Positions 49,595-64,000 of a stretch of DNA of 64,000 nucleotides are shown in pieces. Both the position numbers and the translations under genes were made by a program. The DNA is taken from positions 68,348 through 132,347 of the forward strand of contig CAVXBW010000019.1 in the NCBI GenBank assembly GCA_963760145.1. The letters are read 5' to 3'. The notes beneath the pieces were generated by a model. That model searched no databases. It was not told where the DNA came from and worked only from the letters and a program-made list of their open reading frames with translations. Numbering within the stretch: the first letter of the stretch is position 1; each line of letters opens with the position of its first letter. The stretch is from an uncultured Deinococcaceae bacterium (GTDB lineage: Bacteria; Deinococcota; Deinococci; Deinococcales; Deinococcaceae).

Positions 49595-50626
49595 CCCGCC
49601 TCGCGCCGCGCCGCCCGGCGTGGCAGCGGGCGCTGTTCTGGACGGTGCTGCTGCTCCTGCTGCTGCTGGCGGCGGCGGCAGGCTACCTCTACAGCCTGAC
49701 CCAGAGTCCCGGCGGCCCGGCCTACACCCTAGAAGTGCATCCGGGCGACACTCTGGCGGCCAAGGCCAGCGAGCTGCAACAAAAAGGCGTCATCAAGAAT
49801 GCCGACTTGCTGAGGTTGATCATGCGTCAGCGCGGCACCGCCGGCAAACTCAAAGAAGGGCTCTACGACATTCCCGCGTCTCAAAGCGCCTTCGAGGTGG
49901 CCGACGATCTGGCCGGCAATCCGCGCATTCCCACCGTCACGGTGACGATTCCCGAGGGCCTTCGCCTGAAAGATATTGCCGCCGATCATCGCGGCGGCAA
50001 ACCTCAGCAGCGACGCCGAACTCAGAGCGGCCATGAACAACGTGGCGCTCAGCCCGGCGGCCAAAGCGGGCGGGGCCAGCAACCTGGAAGGCTTTTTGTT
50101 TCCCGCCACCTATCCGTTCCGGCTCAAGGCCAGTGCCCAGGACATCGTCTCGGCGCTGGCCGAGCGGATGAACCAGGAATTCACGCCGGAACGGGTGGCG
50201 CAGGCCAAGGCGCTCAACCTCAGCGTCTACGGCTGGGTGACGCTGGCGAGCATGGTGCAGGCCGAGGCCGCCAACACGGCCGAGATGCCGGTGGTCGCCG
50301 GCGTTTTTCTCAACCGTCTGCGAGACGGCATCTCGCTGGGCAGCGACCCCACGGTGGCCTACGGTCTGGGCAAGGACCTGCCGCAGCTCGACCGCTCGGC
50401 GGGCGACTTCACCACCGACACCCCCTACAGTACCTACACCCGCATGGGCCTGCCCAAAGGCCCCATCAACAACCCCGGCGAAGCGGCGCTGCTGAGCATT
50501 CTCAGTTCCAAGCGCACCACCGCCAACGGCAAGGCCGCGCTGTACTTCCTGCACGGCACCGACGGCCAGATTCACGTCAACAATGATTACGCCGCCCACC
50601 AGCGCGACATCGCCCGCTACCGCTGA
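49591..50626 (+). CDS. mltG: endolytic transglycosylase MltG; indel near 49980
   Basis: [42 protein letters not shown]. Confidence 0.93.
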
Positions 50627-50725
50627 GCCGCTTCTCATGCGCGGCGCTCCCACCGCTCCCAGAGCAGTTGGTACACTGGCTGCCGTGTCGCCAATCGCCG
50701 CCGTTTCGCCGCCGCAGGGCCGCCG

Positions 50726-51784
50726 TTGATCGGTACCCGCTTTTCCCGCTACGTGCTGAGGGAAGTCGGGCCGCTGTATCTCGGCGGCGTGCTGCTGTTT
50801 TTCATCTTGCAGATGACCGATTACCTCAGCGGCACGGTGGGCGCGTTTTTGTCTTACCACACTGGTGTGACCAAAGCGCTGACGCTGCTGAGTTACCAGT
50901 TGCCGAATATTCTCAACCGCTGCCTGGTGCTGGCCGTGCCGTTCGCGCTGCTGCTGGCCTTCGGGCGACTGGCCAAGGACAGTGAACTCAAGGCCGCGTA
51001 TTCCGGCGGGGTGCGGCCGCTGAACTTGCTGTGGCCGCTGCTGCTGCCCTCACTCCTGGTGGGCGCGGCCGTTTACGCCAACGCCGGCTACCTGACGCCC
51101 AGCGGCAACGCCAAATACTTCCGCTACTTCTACACCGATATCTACAACATGGCCGTGCCCACCCCCACCACCGAGAACTACGCCCACGCCGAGAACGGCA
51201 ACTTCTTCACGGCGGGGCGCATCGAGAACCTGGGCAACGGCAGCCGCAACGTCTCCGGCCTTACCGGAGTGGTGGTGCAAACGCCCCAGGGCACCTACAG
51301 CGCCGGCAGCGGGCGCTGGGACGCTACGGCCAGAACCTGGACGCTTGCTGGCGGCTACAAGGTCGGCCCCAGCGGACAGGTCACGCTGCTCAAAACCCAG
51401 ATGACCTTTGCCCAGAACGACGTGGTGGCCCGCCCGCCGCCGCCAGCCGACCAGAGCAACACGCCGCAGCTGCGTGCCCAGCTCGCCGCTCAGCCTGCCG
51501 GCACCGAAAGGTACCGCCGCACCGCCTACGAACTCGCCCGCCGCCAGGCCGATCCGTTTACGCCGCTGGTGTTTGTGCTGGCGGCCGGAGCGCTGGGCCT
51601 GATTCTCACCAACCGGGCCTGGGCGGTGGGCGCGGTGATCTTGTTTCTGGTGGCCTTTTACGCGCTGTGGAGCACCGCGCCGCAACTGGCGGCGGTGGGC
51701 GCCCTCTCGCCGCTGGCCGCCGCCTGGCTGCCCAACAGCTTGTTTGCCGCGTTCGGGCTGCTGCTGGCCTGGAGGCTGCGGTGA
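50726..51784 (+). CDS. LptF/LptG family permease
   Basis: RYVLRE, GRLAKDSELKA, AAWLPN. Confidence 0.9.
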   Translation: MIGTRFSRYVLREVGPLYLGGVLLFFILQMTDYLSGTVGAFLSYHTGVTKALTLLSYQLPNILNRCLVLAVPFALLLAFGRLAKDSELKAAYSGGVRPLNLLWPLLLPSLLVGAAVYANAGYLTPSGNAKYFRYFYTDIYNMAVPTPTTENYAHAENGNFFTAGRIENLGNGSRNVSGLTGVVVQTPQGTYSAGSGRWDATARTWTLAGGYKVGPSGQVTLLKTQMTFAQNDVVARPPPPADQSNTPQLRAQLAAQPAGTERYRRTAYELARRQADPFTPLVFVLAAGALGLILTNRAWAVGAVILFLVAFYALWSTAPQLAAVGALSPLAAAWLPNSLFAAFGLLLAWRLR

Positions 51785-52917
51785 GCCGCGCCGCATCCGG
51801 TGCGCCGCGCCGCGCCGGTCTGGGACGAATGAGCCGCTACCTGCTCGAAGAAATTTTGCCGTTCTTGTTCGCGGGTCTGGCCGTGACCATTTTGCTGCTG
51901 CTGCTGGGCGCGTTGCAGGCGATTATCGCGCCGCTGCTGGCCAAGGGCGCCAACCCGCTACTGGTCGCCAAGCTGGTGGCGCTGCAACTGCCGTACGCCG
52001 TGTCGCAGGGCTTGCCCATCGCGCTGCTGTTTGCCACCTTGCTGGGGCTCTCGCGCTTGGCGGCCGATTCGGAAATCAAGGCGATGCAGGCCGGGGGCGT
52101 GTCGCCGGGCCGCATCTTCGGGCCGGTGATGGCGCTGGGCCTGGCCGTGACCTTGCTGAGTTTCGGGGTGGGCGAGGTGCTGACGCCGCGTGCCAAGGTG
52201 CAGGCGCTGAACGTGCAGCGCGAGATCGTGCTCGACAACCCGCGTGTGGCGGGCCTGAATGAGGCGGGCGGCAAGGCGCTGGTGCTGCGCGACGCTTTCG
52301 GGCGGGCCATCAGCATCGCTTCGGTGGCCGACAACGGCGAACTGCGCGGCCTGACGATCGCCACATTGCGCAGCGGCGAGGTGGCCCGCGAGATCATCAC
52401 CGCCCGGCGCGGACGCCTGAGCCCCGGCAGCAACGTCCTCGAACTCTACGACGGTCAGCGCGTCACCTACCAGAACGAGCGCCCCTCCACGGTACTGAGT
52501 TTCAAGACGGGCAAGTTGCCGGTGCAGGACTTGCAGGCCAGCTTCGAGGGCGGCGACGAACTCAAGCCGGTGTACTTGCCGCTGGGCGACCTGATCAAGC
52601 GGGTGCGCGATTACCGGGCGCAGAACATCAATGCCCCGCAGGAATTCACCGCTCTCCAGCGCAAGTTCGCCGAACCGGTGGCGGCGCTGTGCATGGCTTT
52701 TTTTGCCGCAGCGCTGGCGATCTTCTCGTTCAGGAGCAACCTCAACATCGGCCTGGTGTGGGTGCTGCTGCTGACGTTTTTGTACTACGCCACCTGGAGC
52801 GTGTTCCGGGTGATGGGTGAAAACGGTGCGGTGCCTGCGGTGCTGGCCGCCTGGACGCCCGACGTGCTGTATCTGGTATCGGGCCTGGGCCTGCTGTGGG
52901 CCGCCGCCCGCCGCTAA
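51781..52917 (+). CDS. LptF/LptG family permease
   Basis: RYLLEE, SRLAADSEIKAMQAGGVS, AAWTPD. Confidence 0.9.
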   Translation: MSRAASGAPRRAGLGRMSRYLLEEILPFLFAGLAVTILLLLLGALQAIIAPLLAKGANPLLVAKLVALQLPYAVSQGLPIALLFATLLGLSRLAADSEIKAMQAGGVSPGRIFGPVMALGLAVTLLSFGVGEVLTPRAKVQALNVQREIVLDNPRVAGLNEAGGKALVLRDAFGRAISIASVADNGELRGLTIATLRSGEVAREIITARRGRLSPGSNVLELYDGQRVTYQNERPSTVLSFKTGKLPVQDLQASFEGGDELKPVYLPLGDLIKRVRDYRAQNINAPQEFTALQRKFAEPVAALCMAFFAAALAIFSFRSNLNIGLVWVLLLTFLYYATWSVFRVMGENGAVPAVLAAWTPDVLYLVSGLGLLWAAARR

Positions 52918-53056
52918 AAGCAGCCGGATTGAGCGGAGGTTAAGAACCGGTCGGCTGACCGGCTTTCGGGTGAGACGTATGATGCGCTACAGCAGAGCAG
53001 ACGTCGCGGAAGCGCTTCCAGATTCAGATTCAAAGCGGAGCGGGCGAGGAGACAAC

Positions 53057-54168
53057 ATGAAAATCGGCATGATCGGGCTGGGCAAAATGGGCGGCAACAT
53101 GGTGGCCCGCCTGCTGCAAGGTGGGCAAGACGTGGTTGCCTACGACCTCAGCGAAGACAACATCGAACTGGCCGAGAACCGGGGCGCTTCAGGTGCGCGG
53201 ACCCTGGAAGACCTGATCGGGCAACTGCCCCCGCCGCGTGCGGTGTGGGTGATGGTGCCGTCCGGCGCGGCCACCGAGAGCACCGTGATGAAGCTCGCCG
53301 ACTTGATGCAGCCGGGCGACATCATCATTGACGGCGGCAACAGCAACTACAAAGACAGCCAGCGCCGCGCCAAGACGCTGGAGGGGCGCGGCATGCACTT
53401 GGTGGACGTGGGCACCTCCGGCGGCGTGTGGGGCCTGAAAGAAGGCTACGCCATGATGGTGGGCGGCGAGCAGGCGGCGGTGGAGTCGCTGACGTCCATC
53501 TTCAGGGTGCTGGCGCCGGCGCCGGATCAGGGCTGGGGCCGGATGGGACCTGCGGGCAGCGGGCACTACGTCAAAATGGTGCACAACGGCATCGAGTACG
53601 GCATGATGCAGGCCTACGCCGAGGGTTTTGAGCTGATGCACGCCAAGAGCGAGATGCAGCTCGATATGGCCCAGATCGCCGAGCTGTGGCGTCACGGCAG
53701 CGTGATCCGCTCGTGGCTGCTCGACCTCACCGCCGACGCCCTGAGCGGCGACGCGGAGTTCAGCGATCTGTCGGACTATGTGGCCGATTCCGGTGAGGGC
53801 CGCTGGACGGTGGTGGACGCCCTCAACGAGGGCATTCCCGCGCCGGTGATTACCCTCAGCGTGCAGATGCGGCTGCGAAGCCAGCAAAAGAGCAGCTACG
53901 CCGGCAAGATGCTCTCGGCCATGCGCCGGGCCTTCGGCGGGCACGCCGTGAAGAAAGTCGAGCACGAGGCCGAGGAGAGCGTGGTGCCCGAAGCCCACAC
54001 GCCCGAAGAAGCCCGGCCGCAAAATATTGCGGCCAGCGGCAGCCAGCCGGACACGGACGCGGCGCGGCAACTCGGTGAAAGCGGCAAGCAAGCGGTCAAC
54101 CCCAACCCGGCCGATACCGAGAACAAGGGCCTGGGCGCTCAGGGCGCCGCCGACAAAGGAAACCTGTA

Positions 54169-54169
<1 letters not shown>
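53057..54169 (+). CDS. gnd: 6-phosphogluconate dehydrogenase (decarboxylating, short type)
   Basis: [35 protein letters not shown]. Confidence 0.95.
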
Positions 54170-55983
<1,814 letters not shown>

Positions 55984-56001
55984 CGCCCCGGAGGAGCTGA
56001 G

Positions 56002-56980
56002 ATGAACGCCACCTTACTCAGGCCGCTCGGCCCGCTGCCCACCACGGTGCGCGGCGCCCAGCGCACGCTGGACGAACTGTGGGCCCAGACCGATATCGAG
56101 ACCCGCGCTTACACCGGCAACATCATCGCGCTGACCTCGCCGCAGCATCAGGGCCGAATTCAAGAAGCGCTCGCCGGGCTCTGGAAGGCCGCTACGCCGG
56201 ACGCCAGATCATCGCGGTGATGCAGCCGGCAGCTTCGGGGCGCATGAGCATCGACGCCGAACTGGTGCCGCAGCAGGGCCTGTACATCGAGCGCCTGACC
56301 CTGCTGGCCAACCCCGGCAGCTTCGCGGGGCCATCTTGCCGCTGCTGCGCCCGGCCACCGTCAACCACGTCTGGTGGGCCTCGGACGACCCGCCCGGCGG
56401 CCCGCTGCTGCGCGAGCTGACCGACATCGCCGACCAGGTGATCGCCGACAGCCTGCGCCTGGATATTCCCCCGGCCCGCCACTACGCGCTGGCGGATCTG
56501 GGCTGGTCGCGCTCGGCCGCCTGGCGCGAGGCGCTGGCGCAGGTCTTTGACAGCAAAGACGCCGCCGCCGTGCTGGGCAGGGTCGAGCAGCTCAAGATCT
56601 GGTCGGGCGGCAAGAATGACCGCGCCGCGCGGCTGTATGCCGCCTGGGTCGCCAGCACCCTGGGCTGGAAGGATTTCGGCGCCGTGACTTTGTCAAGGGA
56701 GATTGCCAGCGCCAGCACGGCGATTTGTGCGGCGTGGAGCTCGCGGGCCGGGCGTCAGCTTTGCGCTGAAGGCCAGCGGCAGGAAATGGTGCGAGTCGCC
56801 GCGCAAATTTGGCCGGGTCAACCGCAAGACCTCGATGATGGTGCCGAGCATGACCCTGGCCGAGGGCCTGGGCCGGGTGATGGCCCGCCCTGAGCGCGGC
56901 AGCGTGTTTGAAGCGGCCTGGACACTGGCCCGCGCCAGCCTCGAACAGGCGCCCGCCGGAAAAGGCCGAGCGCTACATGA
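56002..56980 (+). CDS. opcA: G6PDH assembly protein OpcA; several indels
   Basis: Position after zwf; VWW, IADS and [16 protein letters not shown] motifs. Confidence 0.8.
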
Positions 56981-57651
56981 ACGTCCAGGTCTTCGCCACG
57001 CCGCAGGCCACGGCCGACGCCGCCGCCGAGGCGTTCGCTCAGGCGGCCCGGCAAGCGGTGGCCGGGCGCGGAGCTTTTCACGTGGCGCTCTCGGGCGGCA
57101 GCACCCCCAAGCTGATGTACGCCGCGCTGCGCGGGCTGAGCGTGCCGTGGGAGAGCGTTCAGATCTATTTCAGTGACGAGCGCACCGTGGCTCCCGACGA
57201 CGAGCAGAGCAACTATCACACGGCCAAGGTGGGTCTGCTGGACTACGTGCCGGTTGCGCCGCAGCACAAATTCACCGCCTGGAGGGCGAACTCGACCCGG
57301 CGCAGGCTGCCAGCGAGTACGCCGCGCTGCTGCCGCCGCAGCTCGATCTGGTGCTGCTGGGCATGGGCGACGACGGCCACACCGCCTCGCTCTTTCCCGG
57401 CACGGCGGGGTTGCAGCTCGGCGGGCGGGTCATCGCCAACGAGGTGCCGCAGCAGCACACCTGGCGCATGAGCTTTACCTTTGACGAGATCAACGCCGCC
57501 AGAGCACGCTGGCTGCTGGTCACCGGAAGCGCCAAAGCGCCGGTGCTGGCGCAGGTGGCACGCGGCGAGGGCGGCTATCCCGCCGCGCGGGTGCACTCGC
57601 CGGTCTGGTACTGGACACGGCGGCGGCGGCGCAGTTGCCGGACGAAACTGA
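56977..57651 (+). CDS. pgl: 6-phosphogluconolactonase; indels
   Basis: [28 protein letters not shown]. Confidence 0.92.
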
Positions 57652-57725
57652 GCCGCCTCCCCGCACGGCTGCTGACACGTTCGCCTGACATCCTTGACCG
57701 GCCCGCCAAACCGCTAGCTTAGGTC

Positions 57726-58362
57726 ATGGTTTTGTCACGCTTCATGCCCCGGAACGAGAAATTCGGCGAATTGTTCGCCGCGTCGGCCCGCAACGCTCAG
57801 CAAACCGCCGAGGCGCTGATCGTGCTGCTCGGCGCGTCCGGCGACCTGGCCCGCACGCCAGCGGCCTGCGCGACCTCGAGCACGCCGGCGACACGCTGGC
57901 CGCGCAGATCACCCAGATGCTGGCCGATTCGTTCATCGTGCCGTTTGACCGCGAGGACATCATCGGACTCAACGCCGAACTCGACGATTTGACCGACTTC
58001 ATCGAGGAAGCCGGGCGCAAACTGTGGCTCTACCGGGTCGCGCCCACGCCCGCCATGCGCGAACTCGCCGAGGTGGTCTCCAAGCAGTGCGGAGTGCTCG
58101 CGCGCGGAATGCCGCTGATCGAAGATAAAAAGCGAAGTTGCGGAGCTCGAGCGCTCTGGCCCGCGAAGTCCGCGCCCTGGAAGACGAGGGTGACCGCATC
58201 AGCGACGCGGCGCAGGCCAGCTTGTACGACGGCGTGAACGAGGTCAGGCAGATGGTGCAGGCGATGCGAACCGGCGAGATCCTCTCGCTCCTGGAAGACG
58301 CCTCCGATCAGGCGCAGCGGGTGGCCAAGACCGTCGAAAATATTCTGCTGAAAAACGCCTGA
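57726..58362 (+). CDS. DUF47/PhoU-like phosphate transport regulator; indels
   Basis: LEHAGD, FIVPFDREDI...LDD, LEDEGD; upstream of pit. Confidence 0.88.
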
Positions 58363-58366
58363 ACTG

Positions 58367-59361
<995 letters not shown>

Positions 59362-59649
59362 AAGCCGAGCGTTACGGCGTCTTTCATCTGGACATTGAGA
59401 AATTTTACTGGGAGTAGAACTGTAATATGTGATTTAAAAAGCGTCGTAGAGAGCGCAGCTTTCTCGTTCGTTGAGTGCAAATGGTCAGTCAAGTTGGTGG
59501 AGAGTCTTCATTATGAGGGGCGAGTCGCATTGAACTCGGCCCCCGGCCTTTATACTGAGGGCCGATAGGATGTTGGATCCCCGGCGCAGCCTCCTGACGT
59601 TCCTGGAGCGATCGACGGCAAACACTGCTGCCCGCGTGAAAAGGGAGGG

Positions 59650-61015
59650 ATGCACTTGTTATCACTCGGTTTTCAGCGGCACCGTCGTTTTCGACCCAGC
59701 AGGCCGCTCTCCGCTTCGCGCCAGCTCGCTGAGCTTGCTGTTCGGCCCGGCGGCGCAGCGCGCTTTCATGTGCGCTACTGGGACGGCACTCAGGAAGGCC
59801 CGCCGCAGCCCACACGCCGCCACCCTGGTGCTCAATCGCCCGCCGCGCTGCGGCGAATGCTGCTGCCGCCCTCGGATCTGGCGCTCGGCGAGGCGTACAT
59901 CTTCGGCGACTTCGATGTCGAGGGCAACCTCGAATCATTGCTGGCCCAGGCGGTACGCTGGGTGACCGATTGCTCCGTCCGCTGGTGGCGGCGCGGGTCG
60001 CTGGCGCTGCTGCTGGCGCTGCCCGGTGCGCCCCGCCCCGCGCCGCGCCCGGCCTTCGACGACGCCAGCAAGGCCCACACCAAAGAGCGCGACGCCCACG
60101 CCATTCGGTACCACTACGACATCGGCAACGACTTTTACAAGCTGTGGCTCGATGAGCGGATGGTGTATTCCTGCGCTTACTTCCAGACCGGCCAGGAAAC
60201 CCTGGAAGAAGCCCAGATCGCCAAGCTCGACCGCATCTGCCGCAAACTGCGCCTGCAAGCCGGGCGAGCGGATGCTCGACATCGGCTGCGGCTGGGGCGG
60301 GCTGGCCATCTACGCCGCCCAGCACTACGGCGTGCGGTCACCGGCATCACCCTCAGCCCCTCGCAGGCCGAAGTGGCCCGGGCGCGGGCCGAGGCGGCGG
60401 GCGTGGGCGACCAGGTGACCATCGAGATTCGCGATTACCGCGATCTGCCGCACGCGCGTGCCGTACGACAAGATCGCCAGCGTGGGCATGTTGGAGCACG
60501 TGGGCCGCGCCAAGATGCCGCAGTATTTCGCGCAGATCTACCGTCTGCTCAAGCCCGGCGGCCTGCTGCTCAACCACGGCATCGTCAAGGAAATCACGCC
60601 CGCCTTCATGCACTGGGGCTTCGGGCTGCTGGAGCGCTACCTCAACAGCCACTCGTTTATTGCAGAACTACGTCTTTCCCGACGGTGAATTGCGGCGCCT
60701 GAGCGAGGTCAACCTGCGGGCCGAGCAAGCGGGTTTCGAGATCCGCGACGCCGAGAACATGCGCGAACATTACGCCCTGACCCTGCGCGAGTGGGTGCGG
60801 CGGCTGGAAGACCGCCACGACGAAGCGTCTGGAGCGCGGCTTGGCCGACGAAGTGACCTACCGCATCTGGCGGCTGTACATGTCCGGCAGCGCCCAGTCG
60901 TTCGCGGCCGGCGCGCATCGGCATGGTGCAGACGTTGCTGGCCAAGCCTTGCCCGAGCGGCGAGGCCGGCTTGCCCTGAGCCGCGCCGACATCGAGGCCG
61001 CGCCGCCGCTCTAAA
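59650..61015 (+). CDS. cfa: cyclopropane-fatty-acyl-phospholipid synthase family methyltransferase; indels
   Basis: LGEAYI, HYDIGNDFY, MVYSCAYF, LDIGCGWG, SVGMLEHVG, YVFPDGEL, HYALTL. Confidence 0.85.
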
Positions 61016-61022
61016 CCCAGCC

Positions 61023-61378
61023 TCACTCCAGCATCTTGGCCCAGCTCTCCTTGTCCTCGCCCACCGCCAGAACCTTGCCGCCGCGCACCAGCGGCAGCCT
61101 CAGGGCGGCGGGAAAGTCGGCCAGTTTGGCGCAGAAAGCCGTCCTCCGAGAGCCGCAGGTACGGCAGGCCCGAATCCTCGTAGGCTTTGCTGGCTTTATC
61201 GAGCACGCCGTCGGCGCCGAACTTCTGCTGAAAGCGGGCCAGTTCGCTCTTGCTGATCGGCTTGATGCGCCAGGTCAACGAAATGCACCTTGACGCGCCG
61301 CTCCTTGAAAAAGCGCTCGGCGGCGCGGGTGGCCGCCGATTTCTTGAGGCCGAACATCTGCACGGTGACTTCAGGCAT
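61023..61378 (-). CDS. ArsC/Spx/MgsR family protein; indels
   Basis: QMFGLKKSAATRAAERFFKE...LRLPLVR. Confidence 0.75.
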
Positions 61379-61435
61379 GTTCTGAGTTTACGAGCGTCCG
61401 TTACAAGCGGTTCGGGGCCGTCTTTGTGCAGAGCG

Positions 61436-62168
61436 CTACTTCAAGGTGTCGCCGAAGTAGTTCAGCATGGCCCGGCGGGCGTCCTTGCTGGCGTAGGTAT
61501 CGGCGATCTTGCTGTCTTTGAGCAAAAAGCCGTGCGGCTCGCCCTGGTAGACCACCAGCTTGAAGTTCTTGCCCGCCGCGTCGAGCTTCTGGGCGTAGCT
61601 GTAGATGCTGGCCACCGGGCTGGGCTGGTCTTTGCTGCCGTGAATGATCAGCATGGGCCGCTCGAGCTGCCCGATGAACTCGGCCGGGGCCTTGGGCTGG
61701 GTGGCCGTGCCGCCCGAATCGGGAAAGCCGTACCAGGCCACGCCGGACTTGAACTGCGGCATCTGCGGCAGCAGCAGCATGGTGTAGCGCCCGCCCGCGC
61801 AGAAGCCGGTCAGGCCAACCCGGTTCATATCCACGTCGCTGCGGCCCGCCATCACCTTGAGACCGTCCTCGATCAGCGCCTTGACGATGGCGTCACTCGG
61901 CTGCTTCTCGAAGGTCTGCCAGCCGAGCGCCAGCGTCACGTACCCGGCCGCCGCCAGTCTCGTCGGTGAGGTCTTTGTAGCCCTGCTCCAGGCCGTTGAA
62001 CGAGTGAATCAGGATCACGGCGGGCTTTTTGGCTGCGCCTTCCGGCGCGGAGAGGTAACTCTGGTACGCTTTGCCGCCGCTCATCACATCGATGTTCTGG
62101 CCGGCCGCTGCGGCCAGCGAAAAAGCGGTGAGGGCGAACACGGCGGCAGGTAAGGTCAGTTTCAGCAT
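61436..62168 (-). CDS. secreted dienelactone hydrolase family protein; indel near 61960
   Basis: Signal peptide; GFCAGG nucleophile, HGSKD, HGF. Confidence 0.88.
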
Positions 62169-62288
62169 GGTGGGGCCTCCACCCTCACCGTAGATGCGAC
62201 AGCGGGCGAACACGATGCTGTCAGCGCCAACGCCGACGGTGACCGGCTCACAAAAAGGCAGAGCGCTCAGATGAAATGGTGTCACGCC

Positions 62289-63510
62289 TTACGCGCCGTA
62301 CTTTTGCAATTTCAGCGCGTTGGCCATCAGGAGCGGCATGATGTCGGTGCCTTTCCGCAGGCCCAGGCTGCCTCTCAGCGCTTCGTCCTCGGTGTAGCGG
62401 GTCGCCGGGTCCCTGCGCCCGTACTTGCTGCGGATCAGCAGCGGCACCGGATGCCAGGAGTGGGTCGCCAGCTTGCTGGGGGTGCTGTGGTCGCCCACGA
62501 TACAGATCACGTCGGGCTCCAGCGCCAGCAAATCGGGCAGCAGGGCGTCGAACAGTTCGATCTTCTTGACCTTGGCCTTAAAGTCGCCGTCCTCGCCGGT
62601 CGAGTCGGTCTTCTTGATATGGAAGTAGAAGAAATCGTACTCGCCCCAGCTTTGCTTGAGCGCCTCGACCTTGCCGCTCCAGGGCGTCTTCCTCGCCCTG
62701 CAACGTCCAGCACGTCCATGCCCACCAGCGAGGCCAGGCCCTTGTACATCGGATAAGACGCGATGCAAGCGGCCTTGAGCTGGTAGATGTCGTCGAAGCT
62801 GGGAAAGTGCGGTACGTCGGAGTAGCCCCGAAACAGCACGCCGTTGACCTGCGGCTCGTCTTTGAGAATCGCCTCGGCCTGCTGCACGAAGCTGTTGACC
62901 AGCGCGGCGGTTTTCTGGCTGGCCTCGTCGTGGGCCTCGGCGCTCATCGGCGGCACGCCGGTGTCCTGCGGGTCCACGTCGCTGAGGTTGGCGCCCAGCG
63001 GCGTGCCCTGGGCGCGGAACACCACCACGAAGCGGTGCTCGCTCTCGGTGTAGATTTCCACCGGAACGCCGTCGATCTCTGAAATGTCCGGCCTTGAGCT
63101 TGGCACGATCTCGGCGTTTTTCTCGTCGCTGGGGCGCCCGGCGCGGCGGTCTTTGATGATCCGGTCGCCTTCCAGAGTGGCGAAGTTGCCGCGCACCGCC
63201 ACGTCTCCGGCACTCAGCTTGACCCCGATGCCCACCGCGCTGAGCGCTCCGCGCCCGACCACGAATCTGAGGGGATCGTAGCCGAACAGACTCAGGTGGC
63301 CGGGGCCGGAACCGGGGGTGATGCCTGCGCCGACGAGTTCCACCAATCCCAGCTGCGACTCGCGGCCAGCGCGTCCAGGTTGGGCGTTTTGGCCGTCGCC
63401 AGTTCGGTGTCGCCGCCGAGGTCCATCGGCAGGCCGCCCACGCCGTCGAGGACGACCATCAGAATCTTCTCGTCGGTTTTCTTGGCCAGTTCACGGATGG
63501 TGTCAATCAT
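62289..63510 (-). CDS. apgM: 2,3-bisphosphoglycerate-independent phosphoglycerate mutase (archaeal ApgM type); indels
   Basis: [51 protein letters not shown]. Confidence 0.92.
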
Positions 63511-63609
63511 GCCCAGCAGTGTACGCCGGGGCTGTCAGGCCGGGTCCGGGGCTGTCTGGGCGGCCCCTCCCGGAACAGACAGCGCCCAAGCCCCTCGGCC
63601 TCCCCCAGC

Positions 63610-63839
63610 TCAGTGCAGCACCGTCATCCGCAGCAGGCCGTAGACGGCCAGCACCGCGCCCAGCACCTGAATCCAGCGCTCGCCCTGGGCGTACCAGAAG
63701 GCCAGCGCGCCCAGCAGCGCGAACATCGACGCCGATCAGAACACTGGCGAGCAGGATCGCCGTAGCGGTTGGCCGCCGCGTAAAGGCCGAAGCCGACCGC
63801 CAGTCCCAACATGCCCAGCACCGGGCGCAGAAGGTTCAT
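63610..63839 (-). CDS. small membrane protein; indel
   Basis: Three hydrophobic segments across two frames. Confidence 0.55.
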
Positions 63840-64000
63840 GCGCGCCCAGTTCTAGCGGATTCCATCGGTGTTCGGCGCGTCGATCCTTGGGTGCGCCGTA
63901 GCGCAGTGCCAGCGCGTCGCTCAGGCGCCACAACCCCAGATCGAGGTCGGGCCAGCGCTCAAGGGCCAGCGCCGCGCCGCCGCCGAGTTCTTCCAGCATG
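63836..64000 (-). CDS. 3' end of a hypothetical protein (partial)
   Basis: Open frame to the window edge; its stop overlaps the next ATG. Confidence 0.4.

Overview
High-GC chromosomal window, almost certainly Deinococcus: it has a deiNOS-type nitric oxide synthase, a HAIR-like HspR operator, many apparently leaderless genes, archaeal-type ApgM and LptF/G permeases. Most of it is housekeeping: tRNA-Ala(GGC), dnaK-grpE-dnaJ/cbpA divergent from ftsH, lpdA, hisA, nos with an ECF sigma/anti-sigma pair, slyD, fabZ-lptF/G-ugtP-deacetylase, der, mscL, two cyclophilins, cmk-pfkB-mltG-lptF-lptG, gnd-zwf-opcA-pgl, a DUF47-pit pair, a cfa-like methyltransferase and apgM. Single-base indels break even core genes at about 1-23 kb and 56-64 kb, most likely as long-read consensus errors, so coordinates there are approximate. 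The standout is a 14-kb, five-gene operon of secreted DUF11/TIGR01451-type Ig-like proteins plus a large outer-membrane beta-barrel (14071-28059). Its DUF11 domain is split: the last beta-hairpin (N-x-A-T...SN-x-V-x-T-T-V) sits at the mature N-terminus of genes 2 and 3, while genes 1, 2 and 5 end in a domain lacking that hairpin. I infer a donor-hairpin-exchange, probably Lys-Asn isopeptide-crosslinked, sortase-independent fibre made of a chaperone/cap, shaft, base, OM pore and a variable low-GC tip adhesin. No CRISPR, integrase, transposase or rRNA was seen. All calls are from motif recognition by eye; no searches were run.
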